Of a DNA stretch of 64,000 nucleotides, positions 13,986 to 26,318 are shown piece by piece. The notes under the pieces were generated by a model. It worked only from the letters and a program-made list of their open reading frames with translations, was not told the origin of the DNA and did no database searches. The DNA is taken from assembly GCA_951406725.2 (NCBI GenBank), contig OX597817.1:61380001-61444000 (forward strand). The letters run 5' to 3'. The stretch is from Octopus vulgaris. Its lineage: Eukaryota. The position numbers and the translations under genes are program-made. Every line of letters starts with the position of its first letter. Positions within the stretch are counted from its first letter, which is position 1.

Positions 13986-14169
13986 GATAGTTATTTTTCG
14001 TCTTCTGTACTTTTCTTCATCGTTGATGCCTGTTGCAGATATGCTTGAGAGCGGTGGGGGGTACATCTATTAAAAAATATTCCTTCGTTTTAAAGAGCAA
14101 TCTCATTGTAGTCAACGATCAGATCTGAAAGCAGTGAAGTATTGTTCACCAATTAAACGGGAAAACCAA

Positions 14170-14400
14170 AACCTTGAAAATTGAAGATAAATAAATAACC
14201 TTCGTTGTTGTTGTTTAGTTTTAGAGAATCTTTTTGGTTTATGACTATATTTTGAATTTGTTGATAACATTACCATAGCTGCGTCGATCAAAAACAGATT
14301 CGTAATATTATCTTCCACATCTTGAAGTTGTTTTCTTCCCAGTGGTTGGCATGTGAACGCAAATCTTCGTATATTGATCTCACTCTCGGGCATAAAGCCA
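14170..14400 (-). mobile_element. Possible piggyBac transposase C-terminal remnant
   Basis: ORF 14112-14459(-) contains NLFLIDAAMVM...RRLFIYL, loosely like piggyBac FxxxIDxAxxNA...RRxF. The match is weak. Confidence 0.3.
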
Positions 14401-14539
14401 AAATTTTGCTGGGTTTCTTTCACGAAAGTATACTGAGGAGCCAAAAGAATAAGTATCAAAAGAATTAGTGCACAAGTATAACTGGTCTGCGAAAGTTAAT
14501 GTTATTTACTCGAAAGTTATTCCTAATCAACTAGATTTA

Positions 14540-15063
14540 GGCGGTCTGATCAAAAAGTACCGGAACAGGTGCTACAAAAATAAAAACTATTACGCCTATC
14601 GATTCGCCATTTAATCACCTTCGAAATAAGCCAAACACTTTATCCAGTGTCGTTTCCATTGATGGAAGCATTCGTGGAACCCCTCTTTTATGATTGCGAG
14701 CAGCTGTCTCGTTGCATCCCCCTCAAGTTAGATTCGACTGTTGGAGAGAGGAAAAAGTTGTGAGGAATGAGTTCTGCGAAATATGTTGGTTGTCGATGTT
14801 GGGGAATGTTGTACTTGGACCAAAACTGCTGCGCAAGTTCCGCTGTCATGGTGGAGTTGCCATTCGTCAGACGCATGCAATTCTGTCCGACAACGATACT
14901 CTACACATTTTGCTTCCAAGCACTTCTATAAACAACAGAAGAAAGAGAGAACATTAGAATTTCGTGTGAGTTCAAGGTCAATCTGTGCCAAGCGTCTTCA
15001 CTCCGCGTAATTTAGCCCTGTTACCATAACAACAACCCCGATCCTTTTTGAACAAACTTCGTA
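14540..15063 (-). mobile_element. Internally deleted mariner element with TIRs
   Basis: Imperfect TIRs GGTCTGATCAAAAAGTACCGG and CCGATCCTTTTTGAACAAACTTCG-TA. Residual coding NIPQHRQPTYFAELIPHNFFLSP corresponds to the PPYSPDLAPCDFFLFP motif. Confidence 0.85.
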
Positions 15064-15639
15064 TAATGAAAAGTATCGTGTTATCGCCCTTATTTTTAAG
15101 CAGGGAATAACTAGGAATATATAATCCACTGGAATATATCCTTCCATTTTGAAGGCAGTATAGTATAATCTTAGGATATTCGGCAGCTACGTCAAGCAGA
15201 TCAAGCGTTCACCCCCCCTCCGAATGCTTTGTTTCAGAACATCTGTAGACAAAAACGTTTCAAACATATCTAAACTGTTCCTCTTGTAAGTTTAGAACAA
15301 GATGTACCCATCCTTTTGTCAAGACGGTAGTGTGTCATTCGAGGGGATTTGACTGTTATTTTCAACAAATTAAGTGATAGCATAGGGACTTCCTTCTTGC
15401 TTTGTTTATTCCGTCGAGAATTTGAAGACAGCTTATCGTATTTTTTAGGTTATATCCACCTCACATATATTAACCCGCTGCTAAGTAATGTGTTTATTTG
15501 AATCATTAATTGGGAGCAAGAATTGCTTCGCCTGACCTCTGCATATTCTTTGAATCTGAAGAGATTCGTAGAAGTTTTGCAAGTGTTGAGATACTCTGCT
15601 CCGTTTCTGAAATGGACAAACACAGAGCTACACGAATTA

Positions 15640-16140
15640 GACTTTTAAAAAAAGTAAAAACTGGGAAGTTACTCCCAATGCACAGTGTGCACCACGCTGG
15701 AAGTAATATCGACAGGTTCTACTAAGAAAGGAAGGAGGCGCTGATTTGTAAAATGCTAAAACAATGTCATATGTCACGAAGCAAAAAGTCACTGGAATAG
15801 TTAGAGAAATGAAGGGCAGAAAGAAGGACGGGACAAATAATTAGGAAAAGAATGATTTACGAAATCAGTTCATGCAAAAGATTCGAGGATGTTGGAAGTA
15901 AAGAACATTGTTTATGGCTGGCAGACGGAAGTTAGAAATGAGAAACTGAGGCGATAATTAGAGCTGCCCAAGATCAAACTATTTGGATGAATCTGATAAA
16001 AGCAAAGATAGGCAAAACCTCAGCCAGCGAGCAAATACAAAATATGTGGAAAGGAAGACGAAAGTATTAGCCATCTCCCAAGCGACTGCAGTAAGCTAGT
16101 ACAAGATGAGTATAAGCGCGGGCATGAATATCTTGATAAA
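15640..16140 (+). mobile_element. RLE-type (R4/Dong-like) LINE remnant, post-RT and zinc-knuckle region
   Basis: HHAGSNIDRFY (cf. HPxSDVDRLY), ETEAIIRAAQDQ and ESISHLPSDCSKLVQDEYKRGH occur across frameshifts. Confidence 0.8.
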
Positions 16141-17091
16141 AAAAGTAATATGAACGCGACCCAGAAACTTTAAAAGTACATGATAACTGTAGGACCCTTA
16201 TTATTATTATTTCAAAAGTTTTCCTACCTCATCTCTACGATAGAATTTAGGTGGATTTACTTAACAAGTCACCACCACCTCTGACTGCAGCCATCCAAGA
16301 ACTTTCGAATGATCTTCACCGTTCTAAACAAGCAGCTACCATGATTCCTAATCAAGAAGATATTGAAATGAATTAATAATGGCCTGTTTTTGACAAAACA
16401 GCGTATTCATGGTTTTACAAAATTGTGTGTGAGGTACGTGAGTGAATGCTCTTGTTCACATATCTTTATGTCTTTGAATGTGTGTGCCTGTGGGTGTTTG
16501 AGTGTGTGTGTATATATATATATGTGTGTGCTTGTGTATGTGTGCACGTGTATATGCGTGCGTGACTATATGTACTTGAGTGTATGTGTACGTGTATGCG
16601 TATATATGTAGGCGTGTCGGTGAAATTGAAACATTGCAATTGAATACTAATTTTATAGCATTTGGTTCTGTATGGAAAAAACCATTTCCAATTAATTTCT
16701 ATCGGCTGATATCATTTCTCAGCCAAAAGCTGTGCTATAATATGCATCCATTTCTTGATAAAGCCTGAATATAGCGTTCACTCATCTAACACATTTACTT
16801 CTTTTTCATGAAAGTCGAAAACGACGTTAGCATTGGTTTTCCTTTTATTTCATTTTATTTCTTTTGCCATTTATATTCTTTTATTTAGATTCATATTTAC
16901 TGCTTTTACGATTAATTGATATACGTTGTTTTATTTGGCTGGCATTATCCTGGCATTCATTTATTAAACCAACTATACTTGTGATAATTCTCTTATTCAA
17001 TTTTCTTACTTCCTCAAGAAACCTTTAAACAGATTTGCTCATCATTGGATAATGGACGAACAGAAGAAAGGTTCGTCTCTTTCTTTTAGTG

Positions 17092-17230
17092 TGACGCCTC
17101 GTAGCCTAGTGGTTAGGATGTTCCACACCCGATCACTAGATCGTGGGTTGGAATCCCAGACAAGGCAGCGTGTTGTATTGTTGAGCAAAACACTTCAGTT
17201 CATGTTGCTCCAGTCCACTCAGCTGTCCCC
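17092..17230 (+). mobile_element. tRNA/CORE-like SINE head (family D)
   Basis: TAGCCTAGTGGTTAGG...GGTTGGAATCC...TTGAGCAAAACACTT. Confidence 0.75.
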
Positions 17231-17242
17231 TAGGTCCCCTGT

Positions 17243-17305
<63 letters not shown>

Positions 17306-17319
17306 TATATGCATATTGT

Positions 17320-17365
<46 letters not shown>

Positions 17366-17377
17366 TTTATGTATATA

Positions 17378-17760
17378 CTAGCAGTATCGCCCGGCGTTGC
17401 TCAGGTTTGTAAGGGAAATAGCTATAAAGCATTTTTAGAGAGTTATAGCCATAAAATAGCAAAAAAATGGAAAAAAATGATGGTAAATGTTTTTGAGAGT
17501 TAAAAAAGGTGGAGTTGCGTCCCCTAGACAGTTTGTGGTTTGTGTTTCTGATTCTCGACCCCATGTCGAATTTATCGATTCTTTTCAGAACTGGGGGAAC
17601 TTTTCAAAATTTTCGCTGCGTTAGTTTTGAATTATGACATTGGGCTATGTGTGTGTCAAGTTTCATCAGAATCGGTTGAAAGCCGTGGTCAGGGTGAGGG
17701 TACAAGCAAACAGACACACAGAAACACGCACAGACAAACTGCCGTTTATATAGAGAGAGA
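17378..17760 (-). mobile_element. Non-autonomous Helitron-type element
   Basis: The minus strand begins TC(TC)TATATAAA and ends with a GC-rich imperfect hairpin (CCTGAGCAACGCCGGG) then CTAG. It is inserted between A and T with no TSD. Confidence 0.85.
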
Positions 17761-17914
17761 TATATATATAGTAGAAATACGTTACAAGAAGAAAATATAA
17801 AATACACGTGGAAATGTAAGGGTAAAATATGAAAAATCAACGAAAATGCACATATATATGTATATATATATATATACATATATATATACATACATACATA
17901 CATATATACATACG

Positions 17915-17945
<31 letters not shown>

Positions 17946-18007
17946 ATGTATGTATGTATATATATATACACATACATATATATATATACACATACATATA
18001 TATATAT

Positions 18008-18076
<69 letters not shown>

Positions 18077-18086
18077 GAAGGTGTAA

Positions 18087-18364
18087 GACGGTGAGCTGGC
18101 AGAAACGTTAGCACGCCAGGCGAAATGCGTAGCCGTATTTCGTCTGCCGTTACGTTCTCAGTTCAAATTCCGCCGAGGTCGACTTTGCCTTTCATCCTTT
18201 CGGGGTTGATAAATTAAGTACCAGTTACGCACTGGGGTTGATGTAATCGACTAAATCCGTTTGTCTGTCCTTGTTTGTCCTCTCTGTGTTTAGCCCCTTG
18301 TGTGGAGTAAAGAAATGGGTATTTCGTCCGCCGCTACGTTCTGAGTTCAAATTCCGCCGAGGTG
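18087..18364 (+). mobile_element. Full-length tRNA-derived SINE (family A) with TSD
   Basis: GAGCTGGCAGAAACG head and GTTCAAATTCC B box. A 15-bp TSD ATAATGAAGGTGTAA lies at 18072-18086 and 18365-18379. Confidence 0.95.
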
Positions 18365-18585
18365 ATAATGAAGGTGTAAATGGTATAGTTATCCACTTTA
18401 TGGAGCTCAAATAATTAGCGCTCTAATGGAGCTTCCGGAATATAAAGTTAAGAAGGAGAGAAGCAAATTTCAAAGGTCGACGTATATAGTCATTTAATCC
18501 ATTTCAAATTGTCGAAATTCTCCACAATATACAGAGATGCGTTCACATATATTAGACATGGGAAATATTCATACGAATTTCTAAA

Positions 18586-19498
18586 TATATATAAACATAC
18601 GAAGATTTATAAATCTATAGAAATTTATAAATATATAAACATAAATATAAACACATAGATGTACTTGCGAGGTTTGAATGTCCGTATTAGAATCAATGAG
18701 GAGATTAGATGAGAAAATTAATATAAGGTGATTTAAGAGGAATCCTGAATAAGTGAAAAGTCTATATATGATGTACGACTGGTATTAAGATTAGATACGG
18801 GACGCAACCAAATTCATTTATAGCTACCCACATCAATAAATTAAAAATGCACAATAAAGAATTCAGTCTAGATTGGTCTATCTTAACGGAAACCATATAT
18901 TACACACACTAAAAATTCGAATTTACGCAGGACGGAGGCGAACCACGTACCCCGTGCCAACAAAAAAAATGCCATAATTGCCTCTAGACAGAAATATCTC
19001 TCAATTTTTAAATTCTTCCCCAAAAATAATTCTTCTATGGGATTTAAACTAGTCACCCCTCATATTTTGGACTCGTCTTAAAATAATATTCTACAGAGCG
19101 TCGTACTGTAATTAACACCTGTAACTTTAATTCTACTTATATCATACGCATGAACAGTATGGTTCGACTAAGCATTCGTTGTTTTAAAAATTCTCAAATC
19201 TTTCATGTCTATTAAAATTTTAACAACTCTTTGAATCTCTTAACTCTGATGAGAGAAGAATAGATAATTACTATGGTTGGAGTTAGCTCGCCCATACCAG
19301 CCTATATCTTCCCAAAACGGACTTTGCACTTATTCACGATTCCTCTTAAATCTTCTTACACAAACATTCTGATCTACCCTCCTCATTGATGCTAATACGG
19401 ACATTCAAAACAGGTAAGTACATCTATGTATTTATGTTTATGTATTTATTTATTTATAAAATTTTATATTTTTATAAATCTTCGTATGTTTATATATA
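18586..19498 (+). mobile_element. Penelope-like element 3' remnant with inverted pLTR
   Basis: Diverged inverted arms at 18586-18762 and 19320-19498. The interior translates to ATHINKLKMHNKEFSLDWSILTE and KKCHNCL, like the Penelope GIY-YIG C-terminus. A degenerate hammerhead lies at 19246-19318. Confidence 0.7.
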
Positions 19499-19650
19499 CT
19501 CTTTTACTCTTTTACTTGTTTCAGTCATTTGACTGCGGCCATGCTGGAGCACCGCCTTTAGTCGAGCAAATCTACCCCGGAACCTATTCTTTGTAAGCTC
19601 AGTACTTATTCTATCGGTCACTTTTGCCGAACCGCTTAGTTACGGGGACA
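19499..19650 (-). mobile_element. SINE family B, 3' part
   Basis: Near-identical to 24721-24875. Confidence 0.9.
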
Positions 19651-19660
19651 TAACCATGTA

Positions 19661-19786
19661 ATTTATCACTACAAGCACGTGTTTCAAAGAAAGCCGACAG
19701 AAATTTCTAAAAAAATTCCGTTATTATCATATCGGACCCGATTTCAGAGTTAGTTCATAAGAATCTTCTCTTCATCAGTGATAAAT
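19661..19786 (-). ncRNA. Hammerhead ribozyme-like motif (type I, long stem II, one-nt register defect)
   Basis: Minus strand: ATTTATCA-CTGATGA-AGAGAAG...CTTTCTTT-GAAACA-CGTGCT-TGTA-G-TGATAAAT. Confidence 0.6.
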
Positions 19787-19864
19787 GCGGTAAAGAAATA
19801 AGTGAAATACTTACTTATACCCATGGAAAAAGCGAGCACTAAGCCACGAGGACTTATATATATA

Positions 19865-20428
19865 TATGAACGTACTGTTAACAAAAGCCATGATGCGTGG
19901 CGTTCCGTTACTCAATAAATGAAAATTGCATTAAATACTACAAAGCGTACAAAATGTAGGACAGACAGAGAAGGACCGTAATTCTTCATCAGTTATCGAC
20001 CTGATTATTAATACTCAGTTTCGTGCCTTTAACAATAAGACTGAGAACTTCGTATATCGCAAAGCTTGAAGAGAATTAGGGCTCGAGCTAAGAAGACAAT
20101 ACAGGGTGGACGTATGAAAGTAAAATGCAATTTGAAACGATAAACGATGACGGAATAAATACAGCCTTTCGGCCAAACACTTGGATGATAGGTAACGCCT
20201 GGAAGAAATCCTCAGGGGATATAGAAAGAGTAAGAGATAGTAAGAGAGGAGAAAATGTTGAGCATCAAGCGAAGCAGCCGGTGGCGAAAAGGCAGAGATG
20301 GGAAAATTAGTCACGGTTCACGTGTGGGTATCGGATAGAAGGAAAGGAGGATGAGAGAGAGGGAGAGAGAGAGAGAGGGGCAGAGTGAACAGAGAAGGAA
20401 GGAAGAAAGTTTACAATTAAGATTGAGA

Positions 20429-20466
<38 letters not shown>

Positions 20467-20629
20467 AGAGAGAGGAAGTTGGGATGCTAGAAAAGAAATA
20501 TGTGGACGGGAGAGAAAGAAAGAAAGAAAGAAAGAGTCGCAAAATATATATAAAAACTTACTGTTAACAAAGTCACGATGCGTAGCGTTCAGTTACTCAA
20601 ATACTCAAATGAAAAATGCATTAATTACT

Positions 20630-20632
<3 letters not shown>
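19865..20632. mobile_element. Unclassified element with ~75-bp direct terminal repeat (pLTR-like)
   Basis: 19874-19945 is repeated, diverged, at 20560-20632. It belongs to the same family as 6953-7318 and has (TA)n on both sides. Confidence 0.65.
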
Positions 20633-20674
<42 letters not shown>

Positions 20675-20720
20675 TTATAGAGAGACAGGGTGTGTGCGTG
20701 TGAGAGAGAGAGAGAGAGAG

Positions 20721-20747
<27 letters not shown>

Positions 20748-20752
<5 letters not shown>

Positions 20753-20876
20753 TTTTATAGAAGGAGCTTCTACAGGACTAGAACTGTTTCATTCAAAAGA
20801 AATCATCAGGAAGCACCTGATGATTTCTTTTGAATGAAACAGTTCTAGTCCTGTAAACTCCTTCTATAAAATAAAT
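20748..20876. repeat. Near-perfect hairpin (40-bp perfect inner stem, 19-bp outer stem)
   Basis: 20771-20810 is the reverse complement of 20816-20855 around loop AAGCA, and 20748-20766 is the reverse complement of 20858-20876. Confidence 0.97.
20766..20814 (-). ncRNA. Minimal type I hammerhead ribozyme
   Basis: Minus strand: GCTTC-CTGATGA-tTTCttttGAAt-GAA-ACAG-ttctagtc-CTGT-A-GAAGC. Stem I is 5 bp, stem III 4 bp, and the cleavage triplet is GUA. Stem II is closed by a non-canonical U-U. Confidence 0.75.
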
Positions 20877-20941
20877 TAATTTACTCTGCTATGTATTGAG
20901 TACCTTATTTACTGTGGTTAACCCCGACTCAACCCGGGACC

Positions 20942-20996
<55 letters not shown>

Positions 20997-21576
20997 TGAG
21001 TGTGAGTGTGTGTGTGTGTGTGTGTATACACACAGTATATTTATAGTGGCAGATAGACACCCAGATAACGGATAGATAAATATAAATATATGTACATGCG
21101 CATAAAGTGTGTGTGTGCGAGGGAGAAAGGAGATAGTGAGAACGAGACATATAAATCCTCTACCGACAGACAGACAGACAGACAGATTTGCTATAGTATA
21201 TAGTTTCCACTGATTTACTGCGGCTGTGAAAAGCAAACAATTTCAGCATCTCTCAGCTGGATACCCCGAGAGACACGATAAGATTTACAGTGGACAATAT
21301 ATTTCAATCCAGTCTCTCAAATTGTAATCAATATCATAAAGCTAAATGACCTATCAGCGATGATATTTGATAAATAGTTGCATAAATAGAAACTATTTAC
21401 TGATATCCTCAATTCTGATTGGTCAGCCATTTTTCTCTAAACGTCAAATTGACATAACAGTTTAAGGATTTGTAAACAAACTACATATAATTGCAGACGC
21501 ACTTGAAATCATGCAAACTGTTACCCACACATACATACATACATACATACATACATACATACATACATACTTACTT

Positions 21577-22079
21577 GGTGGCCCCCCTCGTTATCGAGTA
21601 TAGCCATTGCAAGAAGCTTAATCAATTTTGTTATCATGCAATGCCTGTGCAAGAAGATTTTTTTTGAAATGAGGAAAGGCTGTGCACTGAGTCAATCTCA
21701 CTCACTAAGCAACAGCAGCCATAATCCGAAAAGAAGAACAAGTCAACATCATCAGTAACCACTGAGCCGCAGGTTTTATGTCGGAGTTATCCCAGTTACC
21801 CGAGTTACCTTCTCCTAGAAGGATGCCCTAACAAAGGCTAGGAGTCCTTCACTCCCAATGGTTTAACCGTGCGATAGGGTATTCAGTCCGATTATTTCTA
21901 TGACCCCGCGCATGATACAGCCTTAAGACATTTATTGGATGGCCGTTGACTCTCAAGAGTTCCTCCGCCCTTTGATGGGTTTTGTTTTTCATCCCGCAGG
22001 GTGTCCAATAAACACCCTCCTCACCAAGCAAGCTTGGTGGGGTTGCTGGTTTAGCCGCCGACGACCCGACCATGCAACA
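21577..22079 (-). mobile_element. Non-autonomous RTE-derived-like retroelement, copy 1
   Basis: Highly similar to 61526-62082. It carries the RTE 5'UTR-like AGGGCATCCTTCTAGGAGAAGGTAACTC and an AAGTAAGT(ATGT)n tail. Confidence 0.7.
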
Positions 22080-22460
22080 TACATACATACATATATACAT
22101 ACGCACACACTCACGCGCACACACATAACCATATACATACATATATATATATATATATACAGTGTACTGGCATGGATGTGGCAACATTTGAAATGTTGTT
22201 GAGGTTTATGCAGCTGATGATGACAAATCAAATATACGTTGGCAGACGTACTTTGGAGAGTCTGAAACCGGTACCACATTATCCGTTTCTAGGTTTTTCA
22301 TTTTTCAGATGTTCTTCCTAGAGGTTAGACAATTTTTTTCATGTTTGTTGTACACACGCGTCGTTACTAGTACATACGGAGTGAAGCTATACATTAGCAT
22401 CGTAGTTATTACGTTCGCTATTTTCCAGTAAATATCGGTGCTTCGTTGTGCATTTATTTA

Positions 22461-22536
<76 letters not shown>

Positions 22537-22669
22537 TGTATGTATGTATGTATGTATGTATGTATGTATATATATGTATATATATATATAGATACATATA
22601 TATGGCGCTGTAATCTGAGTATGACTTGGACGTCCAGACAGCAAAATATCATATTAGACGTTTACCCAG

Positions 22670-22725
<56 letters not shown>

Positions 22726-22799
22726 TATTTTGTTTTAAATTTCAATCCGAGGACTGCGGCCATGCTGGGGCACCACCATTTGGTTTGCTACACTTTCAC

Positions 22800-23130
22800 T
22801 AAACCTCCTCTGATGCGTGATATTTGGTGGATGATGGGGCTTGACGTTGCTGCTTTCATCTGCGTTTCTTGCTTTGCGGTAGATTCATCGGGAACTCTTG
22901 ACAGAAGGAGACCTGGTTTTGTTTTGAAACATCCACGCCATGCACGTCTCTCAGGCTTTGTGGGAAGATATTGAAGAAGTGTGGGCCTTTCAAGCGCAAG
23001 GTGTTGCAGTATCTGATCCTGTATCCCGATGGCAATGTTGGGGTTTTTGGTACGCTGCAGTGGCGCTCCGTTCTGCTGTTTGTGTAACTGACAATGCCAA
23101 AGTTTGGAACACGTTCTTCTAGGATTATGT
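22800..23130 (-). mobile_element. CR1/Jockey-like LINE 3' end remnant
   Basis: Minus translation ILEERVPNFGIVSYTNSRTERHC...RYCNTLRLKGPHFFNIFPQSLRD...LLSRVPDE resembles a LINE ORF2 C-terminus (GPxLFNxLP...VPDEP). Confidence 0.75.
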
Positions 23131-23330
23131 GATGGCTTATTGGTAAGCAGTTTCGGTAAGACAGTCGTGCAGGTGCTTCTGGGATATTAGGGATATCCTT
23201 CCATCAGTGATGATGTGAGATGGTTAAACAGAGGGAAATATTAGAGTTCAATATGAGGAGTTATTTTGGAAAAGGAAGCGAATAAGAAGTATATAGGGAA
23301 ATAGGAGACTGAACGTAAAAATGAAAATAG

Positions 23331-23429
<99 letters not shown>

Positions 23430-23546
23430 TGCATACATACATATATAAACATTTATATGTATGTTCATTTACGTATGTATATATGTGTGATGACCAATGC
23501 CTAATGAGGGAATTTGCGCGACGGAAACTGTACGGAAGCCCGCAGG

Positions 23547-23597
<51 letters not shown>

Positions 23598-23921
23598 CAT
23601 ATGATAGAGAGTATGAATACATTAAAATCAATTCATTTACATGAATGTGTCGATTACATAAGGCCTACTATCGTTTCAATATGCACCTTCATTCATTTTA
23701 CAATTAATAATTTCATTATGAATTTAAAAGGCAGAAATCTCTTCAGGGCTAAATATTTCTTTACATCATATTTCTTTGCAGCCTAGTAGACTGAGTGCTC
23801 ATTATAGACTAAGGTAGCTGCATGCATATTTTGTGTGTGTGTTAGTATTGAAACTGAATTGTCCGATGTGTCTTTTTATGTATTTGTGCGCATCAGGTTG
23901 TGTACGTCAGCTTGTCTTTGG

Positions 23922-23955
<34 letters not shown>

Positions 23956-24674
23956 CGTTATATATATTTGTGCCTGCGTACATATATGTGTGCTTTTTTT
24001 GTGCTTTTATTTGTCCACCACCAACACCACTACTTGACAACTGGAATTGGTTTGTTTACGTTCTCTTAATATAGTAGTTTCGGAAAAGAGAACGATAGAC
24101 TATGCAGCATAATTAAAAAGTGCTGGAGTCGATTTTTCTACTAAACCCTTCGAAGTAGCGCCCCAGCACGGCCACAGCCCAGTGACTAAAATAACTAAAA
24201 GATCAAAGAAAATATTCCATTAGTTCTAATACATCATTTGTAATGTTTCTGTTCTGTGTTCTTTTCCCACCAAGATCTTCCCCTATGCCTGCTTTCAAAG
24301 CTGTTTAGAGTGTCCTTTCAAAATTCAATGGGGAGGTCGGGCTTCATTAGTCACTCACTCGGCCCTCCTTCGCTCTTCTGACCCGGCACCAATGCTACAG
24401 CTGAATCCACCTCTTACATTCTCCACCCCCACCATAGCCTCAGCCCTCTCGAATGCATGCTAATCCCGATTACGTTTTTCTGTACGGGTGTCGAACTTCG
24501 CAAGTTCAAATTAAACATGAACTGCACCGATTATCGATCTTGCTCGTCTGGGAGGGTCCAAATGGCCATGAGCTTCGACCCTTTCTCTGACTAAATAATT
24601 TGTCAAAAAAAATAAGTTAACATCCGTTGAAATACGTTACAGGCATTTCGTTACGTGAGTTTTCGTTGCTTTTG

Positions 24675-24720
<46 letters not shown>

Positions 24721-24722
<2 letters not shown>

Positions 24723-25116
24723 TCTTTTTTTACTCTTTTACTTGTTTCAGTCATTTGACTGCGGCCATGCTGGAGCACCGCCTTTAGTCGATCAAATCGA
24801 CCTCGGGACTTATTCTTTGTAAGCCCAGTACTTATTCCATCGGTCTCTTTTGCCGAACCGCTAAGTGACGGGGACGTAAACACACCAGCATCGGTTGTCA
24901 AGCAATGCTAGCGGGACAAATACAGACACACAAACACATACATACATATATATACATATATATACGACATGCTTCTTTCAGTTTCCGTCTACCAAATCCA
25001 TTCACAAGGCATTGGCCGGCCCGGGGCTATAGCAGAAGACACTTGCCCAAGATGCCACGCAGTGGGACTGAACCCAGAACCATGTGGTTGGTTAGCACAC
25101 ACACACTCCTGCGCCT
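24721..25116 (-). mobile_element. Full-length tRNA-derived SINE (family B) with internal microsatellite
   Basis: The minus strand starts AGGCGCAGGAGTG, has GGTTCAGTCCC (B box) and a CORE-like TTGGGCAAGTGTCTT, and ends in an (AAAAGAGT) tail. Many copies occur in the window. Confidence 0.92.
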
Positions 25117-25125
25117 ATTATTATT

Positions 25126-25190
<65 letters not shown>

Positions 25191-25680
25191 AATTATTATA
25201 CATTGCATCTTTTCAACGATATGTCAGGAATAAGTATTGGGTTTTCTGTGAAAGTTTCAGCTTTGAAAAACAGGCATCTGCTCTTCCTGTAGATTTATCT
25301 CTGCTCGGTTTCATGCATTGAAACTGGAGCTAAACGGCGGTTTTCGCAAGCTTATCACCCATTGATAAATTACTCGCTGCAACCACAATCGGGTGCAATT
25401 TGTAATCATGTTACACGATAAATAAACACAAATGGACACACACAGATGCAAAAGAGCCAGAAAAACACACAATGAAACCCACAAAAGCAAACACACACGT
25501 GTCTAATTACACACGTGTGTATGTATTTGCATTTGTGTGTAGTGTGAGAGAGGGAGTGTGTGTTCATGTGAATACGTGCGTTGGTTTTTCACTCATAAAC
25601 AGTTTCATAAACAGATCAAAAGTGCCTGTTTGCATTCACATATGTATGTATGTATGTATGTATTGTTATATACATATATT

Positions 25681-26148
25681 AATGTATATGCTTTGTGTAT
25701 TTTCTGGTGACTGCAGTGACGTAGCGGAGTATATAACTCTCATGTCGCCAATGTTAAAACACCTTAGAGCCATGGACAGGCGAGATAATTCACTCTGAAT
25801 CCCATCTGGGAGTGATGGGCATCGATGTTTCGCCATTTTTGTAGTTTATCAACACCACCTACCCATCTGGGTTGAAGGCCAGTCAGCTACCCAGTCAAAC
25901 GACTTATATGCTCATGGCTTGTAAAATCACGAGCTGGTGTGCCCGGAAATTGCGTTGGACTGGCTAGCTGACTCAGCTTCAACCCAGGCGGACGAGTGGT
26001 GTTGATAAACCACGGAAACATCGATGTCCATCCCAAATGGGATTGAGGGTGAGTTATCTCGCTTGTCCATGGCTCTAAGGTGACACCGGCGACAACACGC
26101 GAGTAATATACTCCGCTACGCCATGGCAATACACAAAGCATGTACATT
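25681..26148. mobile_element. Foldback/MITE-like element with ~200-bp diverged inverted arms
   Basis: 25681-25901 pairs with 25953-26148 (e.g. CACCTTAGAGCCATGGACA / TGTCCATGGCTCTAAGGTG), with a ~50-nt spacer. Confidence 0.85.
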
Positions 26149-26226
26149 GGTAAATGTATTTAACAATATTTATTATACTAGACCTGCTTTTACTTCATAT
26201 GTAAATATATATACATACATATATAT

Positions 26227-26264
<38 letters not shown>

Positions 26265-26279
26265 GAATTTGTGTGTGTA

Positions 26280-26318
<39 letters not shown>

